From: Haliotis rubra
Lineage: Eukaryota
Assembly: GCF_003918875.1 (NCBI RefSeq)
Contig: NW_025767038.1
Coordinates: 372,001-436,000, forward strand
DNA length: 64,000 nt
Reading direction: 5' to 3'
How positions within the stretch are numbered: the first letter of the stretch is position 1; every line of letters starts with the position of its first letter. Made by a program: the position numbers and the translations under genes. Below, in pieces: positions 11,570 through 25,627 of the stretch. A model generated the notes under the pieces. That model worked only from the letters and a program-made list of their open reading frames with translations, had not been told where the DNA came from and searched no databases.

Positions 11570-14500
11570 CCTGTTTCTTTGACATGTGTAAATTTGAATA
11601 AGGTGGTCTTAATGGAGGTGACCTCTGACGAATCATACGTGTTTACACGTGTACTTTGTGTCGTAACAATGTCAACATGTTAATATTAGTCGTGATTTTT
11701 TTGCACGAACGTGGCAACATCTGTGATCATACTTGATGACATTGTTGACACCAGGGAATGTACTATTTTTTGGAAAGAGGAATATTTTGTAAAAGATATC
11801 TGTTGTTTTAGGCACCGAAGATCTGTATGAATGAGTCAAACTTTAATCTGCTTTAAGAAATGTACCTGGATTGGATAACCTATGGAAAAAGATAAGTTTC
11901 TGAATATTGATAATATTTCTATACTAAAACATATTTTACAGGATATGTACGCATGCCTGAATGTAATAATTTTTACATTCGTAACATGCCAAACTATACA
12001 TTCCATATTAATCAGAATATTTTTGGTGTGTTTAAATCTTACTGCTAGTCTAAGCGTTTCTTTACGAAAACATAATATGTTTATTTTGAAAATGGCATAT
12101 TTTCTTCCTTAAACAATCTCCTATTAGAAATGGTCAAAACTGCTTGAGCTTTATGAAAAGGTAAAGAGACCTGTCCATCGGTTCTTGTTACAAGTGAACG
12201 AGTCAACTGGGTAACCTAAACTACTTGTTCATCTGGAATACACAATGTAGAGGCAGGATATCAGCGAGATGTGATCACAAGGTCTGCTCAATTACATACG
12301 AGGTTTTCATGTGAATGGAATTTAGAATTTGGACCTTCGACTAACATATATTTGAAAATTAATGATATGTTGTTTACACAAAGTACACAAAGTACCGATT
12401 TTAAAGATTTTGATGTTAAATATTCTATTATTTACACAGGCCTTTGAAAACAAATAGTATAATTTGTTGTTGGTCACATGTCAGCACGTATTCCGACGTT
12501 CCCCAGTTTCTCCCTTTTCAAATATAATTGTTTTCATTGGTCAAAACTGACAATTGCTTGGCAACGTGTAGTTTATGAATTAGAGCCACAGGTCAATTTG
12601 GGAGCCATGGGTTAAAAGGTCATGTCCAATAATAGGAACGTGTTGGAGACCGTGGACTTGGTAGTTCATGATGTAAATTCCACTACTTGTGGCTGCGAAG
12701 ACTCACATACCTGTTACCAAACTGTATGCCATGTAATGAAAGGTGACATCTGTATCATTGACAATAACACTCTTCGTAAGTTATACCAAGACAAGTGCGT
12801 CTTTTATGGACCAAAGTTTCGTGAGCAACCTCCCAACAATTGGGATTAAAACTTTAAGATGATTATGGATAGTACCAAAGCTTTACCAACAATAACCTAA
12901 AAGGAAAAAGACACCTTCTAACTGTCTTCCACTGTCGGTTGAGTGTTTGATGCTGCCATTAGTAGAATGAACACAATGAAAGGTTGAAAACGGAATTGGA
13001 ATAAACCTGTTTTGTTCCTGTCATCCAAGGTCTGTCAGCCCTACATGGAAAAAATTGTAGTTGTTCTCACTTAAAACGTCCTAAAAATTGTTTCATCAAA
13101 GAGCAAAGAGCAATATGTCAGATACTACAACATACAAGGCCAGGTATTAAGTGAGTAGGGTTAGTTCCGTTTCAAATTCACACCCTGCTTGAATCGTGTT
13201 TACAGTACTCAGGTATACCTGGATACAGGTCACGTGAACATTTCAATTTGTGCCCATTATAGTCTGACAAAGTGCTATATATAATCAGCAAGTGCATATT
13301 GAAATTTTACAATATTTTAAAATAAAATGAGCACTTTATTAAAATATTGCTGTTCGAAGGTCGTGTTATGTGCAGAGAGCATTTAAATAGAAGCGACAAA
13401 ACCCTCCCACATCCCTAAGAAATCTCTACTTAAAGCAGAGTCGATTGCAAAATTGTGACTATATCATGAGTATAAATTTGTTTCCGCAGTATTACAGCCG
13501 TACGATGTTGTTTGTAAACAAATCGAGTCTGAACCAGATAATCCAGTGACTATCACCATGCGCTACGATGAACTGCATTGGACACTGATGCATCAAATTT
13601 GGACTTTTCCTCCACATGTCTCTCATATAACTTGAAATAGTGATGACACCAGGTCTTCCCGAAGAGGTGAGCGTTTCCAACCCCACTGGTGGCACCCGTC
13701 ATAAACATATGCCAGTTCTCGTCAATTGTTCACCTGCAAGTCAAAATAGGGAATTGCATGGGACTTTATGTTTATGACTGATGCATCAAATTTGGACATT
13801 TACTTCTCATGCCTGCCATAACACTTATTGACAGATTTACTGAGGCCTTGAATGATGTATCCTTGATCGAACAAGGGTGGCATGACGTTCTTTGAAATCT
13901 TGATAAAAAGAGCACGCTCGATTGCACCCCAAAAGTTGGTGCTGTTGAAATATTGCTCGACTATTGGAAAGTTGAAATCAACCCTTTTGCCATACAGCCT
14001 TGTGGTGGGTTATTTGTCTCTCTGAATCTTTATGCAAAACCAACTAGATGTGAAAAGAGGGCCCCAAAAAATACCGAGTTTTTTGTTGTTGTAATGAACA
14101 TTAATTTAAAAGAACTGATATTAAATATCTATCTAACCATCACTCATCCTTGCAACAGGTTGTAAACATACTTTCGTTTATTGATGACTACTGTAAAAAT
14201 ATATTTTGTAACCATATGCCCATTCCATCTTTGTAATCCGTTATGTTTGTGCCTAAAAGAATATTGATTCTGAAGGATAAGATGTCAATCCGCCGCCATA
14301 TATAGCTGGGATATTGCTGAGTGCGGCGTAAAATTAAACTCACCCACTCACTCGATAAGATGTCAATGATACCTATCAGCACTTGTGTATCGCTTTGAAA
14401 TTCTCAGTTGAAATTACACCGAGAACATTAAGTGCTTATCAAGCGTGACAGTGAACTACTGAAACCAGTGGAATTCCTGTTGCGTAGATATGTGAATGTG

Positions 14501-15232
14501 TCAAATGCAGATTGGAACAGTTAATAGGAATAATATCTGAGGTGATGCCAAGAGTGACACAGGTCAGAAATGCTTAGCATCTGATGACAACTGATGTTGA
14601 CAAACAAAACATCAAAACTAGGAGACAATCTGGGATTCGTACATGCACACGCCAAATTCTAAAGTCTGTTGAATGTCACTCAGTCCACCACTAATGTTAA
14701 AACACGTGTTAGCAAATGGTTAGGGAACTACAACTGCGCAGCAAGAATTGGCAACTGTGAAATAACCTCCACATACGAAACATGATATCCACGATAAATG
14801 AGAATTAGCTACACTCGGGGCTAGTTCTTTCAGCCACTGTGTCGGTCTAATGTATATTTACTTACTTTAATAAACCAGCCACAAGCTGCTGCCTCGTTTC
14901 GTACATGATTCAAAACACGGATGTAAATTACATGTATTATCAGGTAAATTGTCAGTTGGTGTGTTAAATTAATCTCATTGAAATAACATACAATGTCTTC
15001 CGTCGCAAAGAAAACTTCGTTTTGATCATGTATGAAATGTGTTAAAAATATATAACATTGGAAAAATATAGAATTCAATGATGCAAATATCCATCCTTTG
15101 TTACATTTGTTTCCTGTTGCTAAAATTCAAATATTGTGTGAAAATGTCTTGTTGAACATTATGTATTCGTTGCCATAAAACGTCTTCAAACATAAAATAT
15201 TGAAAAGATAGCTTCCAATATTGTGACTATGT

Positions 15233-15400
15233 GTCCCAGTTCACGCAGCTGTAAATGGGTACCTTGGGTGGATGAGTCCGTGAGATAACTCGTTGGGTCT
15301 AACAGGCTGCATGAGTTGAATACTCTAGTTTTAAAATTCCAGAAAGAGGAACACTCCAGCACCGTGAGCATGTGCGCTATATAAATATCCTATACTAATA
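15233..15400 (+). mobile_element. Deu/Nin-domain-like SINE fragment (related copies ~28595-28830 +, ~63040-63270 -)
   Basis: Shared core ccagtccacccagctgtgaatgggtacc and 3' tail gcgctatataaatatcctat. Confidence 0.6.
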
Positions 15401-15549
15401 TGTCATGAGTATTCGAAGCAGGAGTGAAAGTATCTAAGTGGATTCTGCTGTGAACAAATAGGTTTTCATGTTACTGTCAGTAGATCGTCAACTCATGAGG
15501 TAATTAGTGAACATTGCGAAAGTGCGGAAGGTATTATTTTTCTTCACAC

Positions 15550-15787
15550 GAGTGAGTGAGTGTGTTTAGTTTTACGCCGCACTCAGCAATATTCTAGCTA
15601 TATGGCGGCGGTCTGTAAATAATCGAGTCTGGAGCAGACAATCCAGTGAACAACAGCATGAGCATCGATCTACGCAATTAGGATATGATGACATATGTCA
15701 ACCAAGTCAGCGAGCCTGACCACCCGATCCCGTTAGTCGCATTTTACGACAACATGGGTTACTGAAGATCAATTCTAACCGGATCTT
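15550..15787 (-). mobile_element. SINE family B (abalone-type, head cccgtgaagatccgggttagaa, tail (actc)n)
   Basis: Dispersed ~240 bp repeat with several copies in the window. Confidence 0.85.
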
Positions 15788-16615
15788 ACTTGTCGTAATT
15801 CTGACATCGTTACAAACAACAACGAAGCCATTATGAAGGAACTTTCAGTGACCAAGACGTTGTCTGATTTTTATTTGCGTTGCATGTTGCACGTTTTTGT
15901 GCCGGTGAATAAATGCCTTGGCTGTGCACGTGTTTGTGTGAGCTGCCTCTAGTAATGTGGGGTACACTTACTTACTCAAGAATATCACCAGGTATCTTTA
16001 CTATTTGATAGAGATTCACGGACACATGCAGATAATGTAGTGGGAATCGAACAGCGGATATTTATGTCAAATGACTGAAAATTATTTTTATCAATATGTT
16101 TCATATCTTTTATATGCCCATGTATAGCCCTAATAAAGATGCACACACATGTCTATATGTTTATATGTGTATATACGTTAACATATGCTAGTATCTTATG
16201 CTTAAAGATACCTTAAATTTATATTAATGTCGTACATTTATGTAAAGCATATGTAGCTACGGTGGAAATTTCAGTACTGTAATAATCGGGTTTGTGCATT
16301 AACGACGCGTTGACAGAACATCTCCAATCTCGCGTTACAGGTAATGCATATGGCGCAATAAGTAAATTGATTTTTTTTTTCTAAAATATCAAGCCCATTG
16401 ACTATACTGAGCTCGAAGGTTTCCACTATTCATATGTTATTGAATATTGATTAGCAATCAACGTATTCTATGAACAGTTTCTATTCTGTAGTATTGACAC
16501 GAGTACTCAAACGCTGTGTTAAACATGTGTAGCATTATCAGTTGTGTACAAGCATGTGCCAAAGAGAACCTTATGGCCAGTAGAAGTATATGAGTCACAC
16601 TAAAGTGCAGGTACA

Positions 16616-16632
16616 TATGTGTGCATGTGCAC

Positions 16633-16672
<40 letters not shown>

Positions 16673-16736
16673 ATGTGCATGTGCGTGTGTATATGCGTAT
16701 GCGTGAGTGCGTGTGTGTGTGTCTGTGTGTGTGTGT
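16616..16736. repeat. (TG)n compound microsatellite
   Basis: Long pure and interrupted TG runs. Confidence 0.95.
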
Positions 16737-17034
16737 TTTCACCACATGGGGATTCCTGGGACAAAATGGTCCCAAGTGTCATATGATTGTAATCAGTGCC
16801 GGCTAAAGGGGATTGGATGACCATCTGTCGGTGGATGGCATGGTGTGTGATGTGGTTTCAGTCACTGGCGTATCTGATCCGAACAGTCAGGATATAGAAG
16901 GACTGTTACTGAAATACCTTCAGCAACATTCACTTACTGACATGTACATTGACAGACATACAGGAGCATTGATTAGGCCAAAAACTAAAATAGTATATAT
17001 ATTATACGTTGACATTCCTGGGAAAAACATACCA

Positions 17035-17458
17035 TGATCTCCCCGCCGACCCTCGATCTCCACCGCCTCTCGATTCCCACCGACAATCGTTCCCTAACAA
17101 CCCTCGCTCTCAAACGAATCTCGCTCCATAACCACCCTCGCTCGCCAACGATGCTCATTCCCCACCGACCCTCGCTCCCAACCCAACCTTGCTCTCAACC
17201 GACCCTCACTCCCTACCCAACCTTGCTCACCACCGTTTCCTCGATCCCTACCCAACCTTGCTCTCAACAGTCCCTCGATCCCTACCCAACCTCTCAAGCA
17301 GATCTCGCTCCCTACTCACCCTCGCTTGCCAACGACTCTCATTCTCAACCGACCCTCGATCCCTATCCGACCTCGAGCTCGCTCCCCACCGACCCTTGCT
17401 CCCTACCAATTTTTAGGTCCATCGACCCTCGATCCCTATCCAATCTTGCTCCCCAAAC
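17035..17458. repeat. C-rich ~18-19 bp minisatellite (ccccaccgaccctcgctc-like); second block ~18138-18248
   Basis: Directly visible tandem degenerate units. Confidence 0.85.
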
Positions 17459-19622
17459 CGAAACATGAGTCTCATTAACCTATTCAGACAATGACCTACT
17501 TTTCTGCCGATCCGAATTTTCTCGTGTGAAAGTGAAAATAGACATCACAAACATCTATGGTTACACTGAATTCCAATTGTTTCTTTCATCAGAAAATGAT
17601 AGTTACAATGTATTTTAATTTTAAACATTAATAACATCGTATTTCTATATTTTATGGCGAGGTGTAGGCAGCATGACCTTAACTAAGACGTCACAGACTG
17701 CCCCTGTTTGATGAGGTCGTAAAATGAATCACAATGCATCTGGCTTATTGGTTACATCTGTTATGTGTTTTGTGTGCTTATGTAGTGCAGTTCTGTAACG
17801 CACAGTGTGTTTGATATAAGATCAAGTCCGTACCAGACCGCCAAACTTTTCTAGCGGGAGAGCCTCGTTTTGAGATTTCCACGATTTCCAGGTTTCCGTT
17901 GAAACAGCTCGCTGTACGATAGAGCACGCTTCACGACGTGTTTGCAAGGATTAGAAGGAGCGTAATGTTGCAATATACAAGTGCTTAGATGTATCAAATA
18001 ATACTGATTATTAATTATGTATCCAGTCAAATGAATTGGTCTCAACCTTCTGGATTGGTTATTATACTAATTTGCGCAATAGGACGGGACCCAGTCAACA
18101 GGAAACGACACTGTTGCGTAATCAATGTTTTGACTTGGCCGACCCTTGATCCCCACCGACCCTCGTTTCCAAAACACCGACCCTCGCTCTCTTCCCACCC
18201 TGGGTCTCCACCGACCCTCGCTCTCTACCCACCCTCGGTCTCCACCGGTTTTCAATTAAATCGATGCTATTTTCTGAAGAACCTGCAAACTGAAAATTGT
18301 TTCTGCAGAAACTAGGACCTGCCCAACATCACCTATTCACACACATGTAGATTAAACTATAGTTCCATATGGATGCATATACGCACGAAAATGTTAAATA
18401 GTCAACATCGATTTAAACGCTTTGTAGAGAATTTGTAATATTGGATTTCTGAAATGAAGTGAATTCAAATTGTGGTTCATTATCATGACGGATGTAAACG
18501 GAATTGTTGCATGTGTTTTTATGTTCGTTAGTATCGATTGTGGAACATATTGTGCTCAAATTGATACATTAAGATGGCGTAAATGAGTGTTCAAAGTGGC
18601 CATTGTTGCTAAAGTTCTAGTGAGTCAGCAGTATCAGGAACTCAAGCGAGATGTCCACGTGTTGTTTCCGTGGTTGGTGCACAGTGCACTGTTTGGATCG
18701 AGCTTGTACTGACTGCTTGGATTCCCACACTACTATACCAATCCGCACACGACACACACAACATCTGATGCAATTCATGTCCTTGCCATGCGATAACACT
18801 GCTCCCCTTTCCTATTTTCTAGTATATTATTCTGTTTATTCACGTTCTTTATTTAACTCAGAAACTCAAAATTATAAAAACCAAAGTTACAAGATGGACA
18901 AAGGTAAATATGTAAATGATAATTACAAAGAAAAATATTGTGATGTTATACAAATATACAGACACGCATCATAATTAAAGGAATTGTCTTAAGTGATGTA
19001 CAATATACATGCAGTTACAATCATTAACAATCAATTGGATCCAAAATAATTTGTTTACATGACAACTACTTTTTGACAATGATTGGCGTTATTTCTCGTT
19101 TTTGCATTATTTATATTTCATTCACATTGTACATTTATCATGACATGTTAACTGTTCCTTACATTGTATCCTGGAGCGGTATTCATATAGGATTATGCTT
19201 GTTTACCAATCCGCTTCCCTTCATTGGAGATAAATATGTTTAAATCAATCAATTATCGTACAAGCAAATGCGAAGTGTGTAAGATGAGGTAATATAAGAA
19301 AATAATAGAAGAGACAAGTCTGTCTAAATTATGTACGATGCCAATGTCAGTGTATGTATGTATGTATGCATGTATACATCGGATATCCGTAAAAAAAATG
19401 ATCAAATATGTAAATCCGTTCAACTAATATTTACTGAAAGAGAAATGAAAGATGCCTCTAAAATCGCTTCTGGTTCATGGTAATAACTCTGCATCAAATT
19501 GGTTCAAGATAATCCACAATACTGGAAATTTGGATGGCTTTTATGTTACAATATGCAACTGTCATTTGATAGCAACATTCCAGCATGTCCAGTCTATAGT
19601 GTCTACGTTTCATTACCCGCGA

Positions 19623-19773
19623 GGGGCGGTATGGTAGCCTAGTGGTTAAAGCGTTCGCTCGTCACGTCGATGCCCGGGTTCGATTCTTCACGTGGAAACA
19701 ATGTGTGAAGCCCATTTTCTGCTGTCCCCTGTTGGCATATTGCTAAAAGCGGCGTAAAACCACACTCACTCAC
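19623..19773 (+). mobile_element. tRNA-derived SINE family A
   Basis: A box tagcctagtgg, B box ggttcgatt, tail (actc)n. Confidence 0.85.
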
Positions 19774-19974
19774 CCATAACCCGCGAGATACAATAAATAT
19801 AACGTGCTCTGTCGCCTTTCCTTCTCCACGAAAGCTGTTTATCAGGAATCGAACATTCAGTGTTATCTTTGGGAAGCTTTCAAAAGTGTTTACGAAAGTG
19901 AACTTGCCTTTACGTGAATTTGTGATGTGTGTAGGAAAATGTAAGGATGTTTACACTTATTTCTTCGCAAACAC

Positions 19975-20293
19975 CAGTTAAAATCCGCTGGCCCGTGGCT
20001 CGTAAAAATCCAGTCGGGCCAGTAAATCTCCACAATCACTGGCCCGGCTGGCCAATGAATTTTCATGGGGTCATTTTGCAAATGAATTCCTCTTTCCGAC
20101 TTGTGAAGTTATAATACACTTTTAAATCATGCAAAACTATGGCTGATAACAATGTTCGCCATATTAATAGCTTAATGACGAAACCCGTGTCTACATTCAA
20201 ATTTCGGGCTGGTGAATTATTGTGTGGGCTAGTAATTTTCAGGCATAGCTAGCCCGACTGGCAAGCAAAATTTGGAAACTATTTTGCACACTG
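19975..20293. mobile_element. Probable non-autonomous DNA transposon (MITE) remnant
   Basis: Internal inverted ccagtcgggc / gcccgactgg motifs and an end ...ttttgcacactg. Confidence 0.4.
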
Positions 20294-20336
20294 CTCTAGC
20301 GTACCCTTAAATCGCCTGACGTTATCATATACAAGA

Positions 20337-20468
20337 CAGACTGACTGACTGAGTCTGGTTTTACGCCGCTTTTAGCAATATTCTAGCAACATCACGGCGG
20401 GGGACACCATAAATGGGCGTCACACATTGTACCCATGTGGGGATTCGAACCCGGGTCTTCGGCGTGAT
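20337..20468 (-). mobile_element. SINE family A, 5' truncated
   Basis: Reverse complement of the family A body. Confidence 0.8.
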
Positions 20469-21880
20469 CATATACAAGAGGGTCCTGATACCGTCAATGC
20501 TGATACTGCTATGGTGGACTGTACAGGGAACTGACCAGATGCAGCTGCACTCCAGTTTGATTATATACTGCATTTTTTTTCAGCTTCATTTGTTTGTCGG
20601 GTCCCTTAAAATGTGTATGTTTAATATTTTATACAACTTTTAAGTTATGTGGGTGGAGGTTGAAGAATAATCTTTAATATTATCACCAATAAATTCAAAT
20701 ATCAATTACCTGTGCAGCAGACCATTGCGCTATTGTCCACTTACCACTGTGCAACTTCCATGCCTGATGTGAGACCGATCCCACTTTATCCGACAATGCT
20801 GACATTTATTAACCAGTAGCACTTATTTTCAGCAGTACATCGTCCAAGTGCAACAAAACCAGCTGTCGGGCGTTTCCAAACAATGCAGAGCAGTTTACCT
20901 GTACGATTTTATTTTGATAGAGAAACGACCATTAATGCAATGCTAGCAAAGGGCTATCTTACTAATTTTTAGCTATATAATTCATGTTATACATTCTATT
21001 TTCCCAGCCATTATCGGAAAGATTAATAAAATTAATTTAAAAAAAATAATATCATTCATTTTACGGCTTCACCCATGAAGGTGACATACACTGAAGTCTA
21101 AAAAGGCGTTACAATACAATCCACTCACTCTTTAAATGTCATTATATGTTCTTATAGTCACAAATACGTTTCAGGAAGCTTTCCATTCTGTGATGCACAC
21201 ATTTACTGCACATTATTATTCACTCAGGTAGACTGTGTACCCTTTACCCATGTACATGAATTCAAGAGTAATGACATTCAATGATACACGTGTTATTGTC
21301 TGACCGTATCATGCAGTCGTCCTTTGGATTGATCAAAGTCTGTTAGAGTAAAAGAGGAATTGATAGTCATTGAGGTTAATAAGGTACACATAGATACATG
21401 GAGTGAAATATGTTAATATGATATGAGATCTTGTAAACCGACGGCAACAGACTCCTTAAGTGTTGCAGTCAATAAATATTATCGACACACATACCGTAAT
21501 GAACGTCTACGCTGGGCACAACTGCACCTGCGCTGGACCCAGAGAAAATGGTATGGGGTTGTGTTTAGCAACAAAAAACATTGAACGCTACTTTTTGCCG
21601 CTTAAGTGTTTCCTCTTTAATGTTTTGCCGTAGATGCAAGGTCGTGTCGCTTGTAGTCTGGTATCATGGTTGAATCTTGCTTCACTCATCATACAAACTG
21701 ATTTTATCCACAATGATTATTTTTATTGACTGTGAAATGTTTACTATAGGCACTTGGTCACAGAAAGTATTCAGTACCCAAAGGAAACCAACCAAGAAAA
21801 GTAATGTTCTGAAAATGAAAGTTAAAACGTAACAGTATCATGACATCAAACCATATCATGACCTTATCTTTACCATTATC

Positions 21881-22045
21881 GGGGCGGTGGGGTAGCCTAG
21901 TGGTTAATGCGTTCGCTCGTCACCCTGAAGACCCGGGTTCGATTCACCACATGGGTACAATGTGTGAAGCCCATTTATGGTGTCCCCCGACGTGATGTTG
22001 CTGGAATATTGTTAAAAGCGGCGTAAAAGTAAACTCACTCACTAA
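21881..22045 (+). mobile_element. SINE family A, full length
   Basis: A/B boxes; imperfect TSD ctttaccattatc / ctttatcattacc. Confidence 0.9.
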
Positions 22046-24820
22046 CTTTATCATTACCACTGCTAGTTTAGTAACATAATGCCATCTTTGCCTTTATTAT
22101 TGGAATCGGGGACTTAATCACCTTGAAAGATGTCTACTTAGTAAGTATTTAATCCTTGTCAGATGACATAAACGTATTTTTTTGCCCCAAATATATTCGA
22201 ATTCTCGACTCTTTGTAAATTATCGGGTCTGAGAACGTTTTAGACTAAGTTTCTTAAGGCACATTATTGTAATTCTCAAATTATCAGGTACCTTTTATGT
22301 CTAAATTTGTTTGTGTTTTGCAATTTGAACATTTAAAGCAATAAATTAGAATATGAGATTGGTCACTTAAAGACTTGTACACAACGATCTACATTTCGTT
22401 CAATAAATTATGCTTGATTTCATTACTCTGTCACTATATTCCCTCAAAACTCTGAAAGAAGTATAATTTGATATAGCTGTAGGTTGTTTCAGCTTTGCGT
22501 CTTGAACAGGACATTTAGCCTGGAAAGGCGCTATACAATTGCTCTGTTATTATTATTAAAAGTCCGTGCGTCTTAATGGAGCTCGAAAGGAACGGGGAAC
22601 TGAGAAATGACACTAATAACTATAGTCGATAATTTTCATAAAACAATTGTTTATGTTCGCCAAATGTTGAGATTTGGGATGTTGAGGATCTGTCGTTTGT
22701 GTCATAACGTGCTTAGTTCAATCGTACCAAGCGTCTGTTCCATTTGACATTTACAAAAATCCCAACGACCTATTTTACACAGTTACACATATTTACAGAT
22801 TATGAAAGTGATTTGTTCTTATAAACACAACCATTGACAATTCATAATGGCTGGAGACAATCACGATCTAGTTTATACATAATGTAATGTGATGCAATGG
22901 ATTTCCAGTGACTGGAATAACATAAAGTTTAATTTTGATCTGAAGGGTATCATGTTTAAATGAGATATTCTCTTCGTGTTTGCACATGCAGAACGCAATA
23001 ACTGATCATGACAGTACAATCTTCCCTCGTAGTATCAGCTAAACATATACACACTGTGCGAAGGGCAATCCATTACGCCACCCATTTAGAACGAGTAAAA
23101 CAAAGACAATGTTTGTTCCAATGTTATCAGCCAATTACATCAAAAATGATATTGGTGTAAGATGTTTTAAGGAATGCCGTCAATGTGTTTGGGAAAGGCA
23201 TCCCTGTGACCGGTTCGGCCAGCAAAGACGTGATCGTTGTGGTGTTATAGCTACTCTCACTCTTGCTGGTTTCCTAAACCGTTCGCTGTTTATTGTTCAC
23301 AGAGGTATTGTGTCTGGAACACACCAAGGCTTCAGAGGCAAAATCCTTGGAGTTTTTGAGAATACGCATGGTGTCAATTCCGCTTGTTTCTAATATTTCC
23401 TGTTAATATAGAGAAGGTCCTTCCATGATATAGCATTAAGGTTTATGGCTAATCTTTGACACAGGTATTTGGTGGTACATTTAAACGCCATGTAAGCAGT
23501 AAAAATCGAATATTTTGTGACGACCACAGAAGTAGAGAACAAAGTGACCTATTTTACTTGTAGAATATGAGACGATCTTGCTGTTTGTGTGTACCATATA
23601 TTCTCGTTTTTCGCGGTTTAATGTGTCTGTCTCAGACACCTGTGGTGGGTCAGACTTTGGCCGTGTTTTCGCAGCAAACACCTGTTACAATGTCTGTTGC
23701 ACACAGTGAATCATATATTGTACCAAGGACATTGCGTGGTGGTATTACGTGGAATAATAACATATACTCTACCCAAACAGAAACGCATAGATGATATTGA
23801 TAAATGAAATTTCAAATAGTTTTCAAAAGTAGTGTTTGGTTGTTATAATGACGCCATTATAATGCTGGTTTGTGTACATGGAACGAATGCAAATCGCAAA
23901 AACGCACGTGTACGTTGGGAAGTGTCAACTTAAATGAACATGTCAGGGAGGAAAAGTGGTTTGTAACATGCAGGTGCAAAATTCTGAGGAATCGTGAGCA
24001 GGGATATTGCCTATATCAGGCCGTTTTGGTTTTAGATGGTCAAATTAAATATTATCGTTATGCCGCTTTGAATAGAAAAAAATTCCTTCGTGTGGTGTGT
24101 GCTTCCCTTGTGTGTTATTTGACACTAATTTGACATATACACCCATTCACCTTTGTTTTATGATTCAATTTTTATAGAAAGATAGAGAAAAGGAAAGTGA
24201 CACAGCATTTGCATTGTGGGTTAAAGCGTCTCGTCGTATTTGATAAGCAAATTTTGAGTCCCTAATTACCGGTGAAAGAACATTAATAATCAAAGTTTTT
24301 GAAACGTATTGACATGATCGAAACCAAACTTTAGAGTAGCTAGCAAGAATCGACTGCAAATATTGTTTGCAAATTCCAAGAGATCTAGTTCTCGTTACCT
24401 TGACGAACCAGGTCACATAAGAGAAACTAGGCCAGAATAAAGGAAGCCATATATTTATTTTGCCTCACATTTACAATATTATTCGTTAGTGTTACAAATG
24501 TATTCCACAAGCGTGAAAATGGTTGTCTTGTTAAATTACTTTCTCATATATTGTAGAAGAAACATTTTGTTACACATGTATGTACAAGATGTGAAGGGTT
24601 TACAATAGCCATCCATGGTTGCCCATTTAACTCTTTAGTCAAAGTATTATTTCAAAATTACTTTAGTTCGTTTTGTTTTGTTCTTCCATCCTTTACATGA
24701 GCTCACATGATGTGACTGTGTTCCAGGATAACTCGTGAACTATCATTTGAAAGTGGTCGCAAATGTCAATGGAATTCAGCTACGCGATGGATGATGATAA
24801 CATCAGTTGGTTGCAACAGG

Positions 24821-25627
24821 TCATATGTCTTGCAACCAATCAAAGCAATAAGGAGTGAATTCCGTGGTGGTAGTAACGGCGGGATCAATAACAGGCTCTG
24901 TCGTCTCATGTTCTACTACGTCGTCGTGGCTCTGAAGAGTTCCTGCAAAATATATGGCACATCTCTGATCATGTTATCCCGTCCGATAGGTGAGGTGATT
25001 TAAATGGGTTTAACGTCGTGCTTGAGAATATTTCGCTCATAGGATGACGTGCATGCATGTGTATGTGCGGCTGCTTGTACTAGCCCAGACTGAAGCTGGT
25101 TTTATAGTGCTAGCCCGCTGGGATACCATGCCGCAGTGAAGCATGAATACCCCACTCAGACACATTATACTGACTCCGAGCCGACCAGTCCTTGTTGTAC
25201 CCATTAATGCCGAGCGCCAGGCAGGGACCAACAAGTACCATATTTTAACGTCTTTTGGTATGACGCGGTCGGGGATCGAACCCGCGACCTTCCGCTCTCT
25301 GGGCGGACGCTCTAACCACTACACCACAGAGGTGGTCCTGTCCGAGAGCATCACAGTGATTCAGAAAGTGGCTGACGTTGGTCAAACTAAACCACGTCCC
25401 GGGTTAGCGGGTCAGAACCTCAACACTGAGAGACTAATGCAAAATCACCCTGTACTCATTCAAAACACCGTAGAGGCACGAGTAACTCTATTTATACTCA
25501 ATCATTGTTTGATTATCGACTGCAATGTTTTGTAAGAATTAAACAAAATATACCGACCTGCCCGCACATGGTAAAAGCATGCTGACTGCACGCGCAGAAC
25601 CGCAAGCAAAAGGACACGACCGTGCAT
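24821..25627 (-). CDS. Small secreted acidic His/Glu/Thr-rich peptide, paralog 1, 63 aa
   Basis: Exons 25627-25558 (phase 1, donor GTCGGT) and 24942-24821 (acceptor ttttgcag): MHGRVLLLAVLRVQSACFYHVRAGTLQSHDDVVEHETTEPVIDPAVTTTTEFTPYCFDWLQDI*. AATAAA at 24459-24454 is conserved with the paralog. Confidence 0.78.
24990..25335 (-). mobile_element. tRNA-derived SINE with Meta/MESC-like central domain (family C)
   Basis: tRNA-like head, core cataccaaaagacgttaaaa..ggtacttg..ggcgctcggcattaa..cagtataatgtg; imperfect 13-bp TSD at 24977-24989 and 25336-25348. Confidence 0.85.

Larger units (their letters stand above)
1235..13623. repeat. ~6.2 kb tandem segmental duplication (about 1235-7443 and 7444-13623) carrying the DDGG gene
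   Basis: Colinear, near-identical sequence with scattered SNPs and indels. In addition, 1-1195 matches 13085-14450, and 1-543 matches 6896-7443. Confidence 0.92.

Noticed and set aside
17034-17468. Pro-rich 144 aa ORF
   Set aside because: Translation of a C-rich minisatellite with 18/19-bp units; no signal peptide or supporting splice structure.
19623-19700. tRNA genes at SINE heads
   Set aside because: A/B boxes continue into a shared SINE body and tail with TSDs, so these are not standalone tRNAs.
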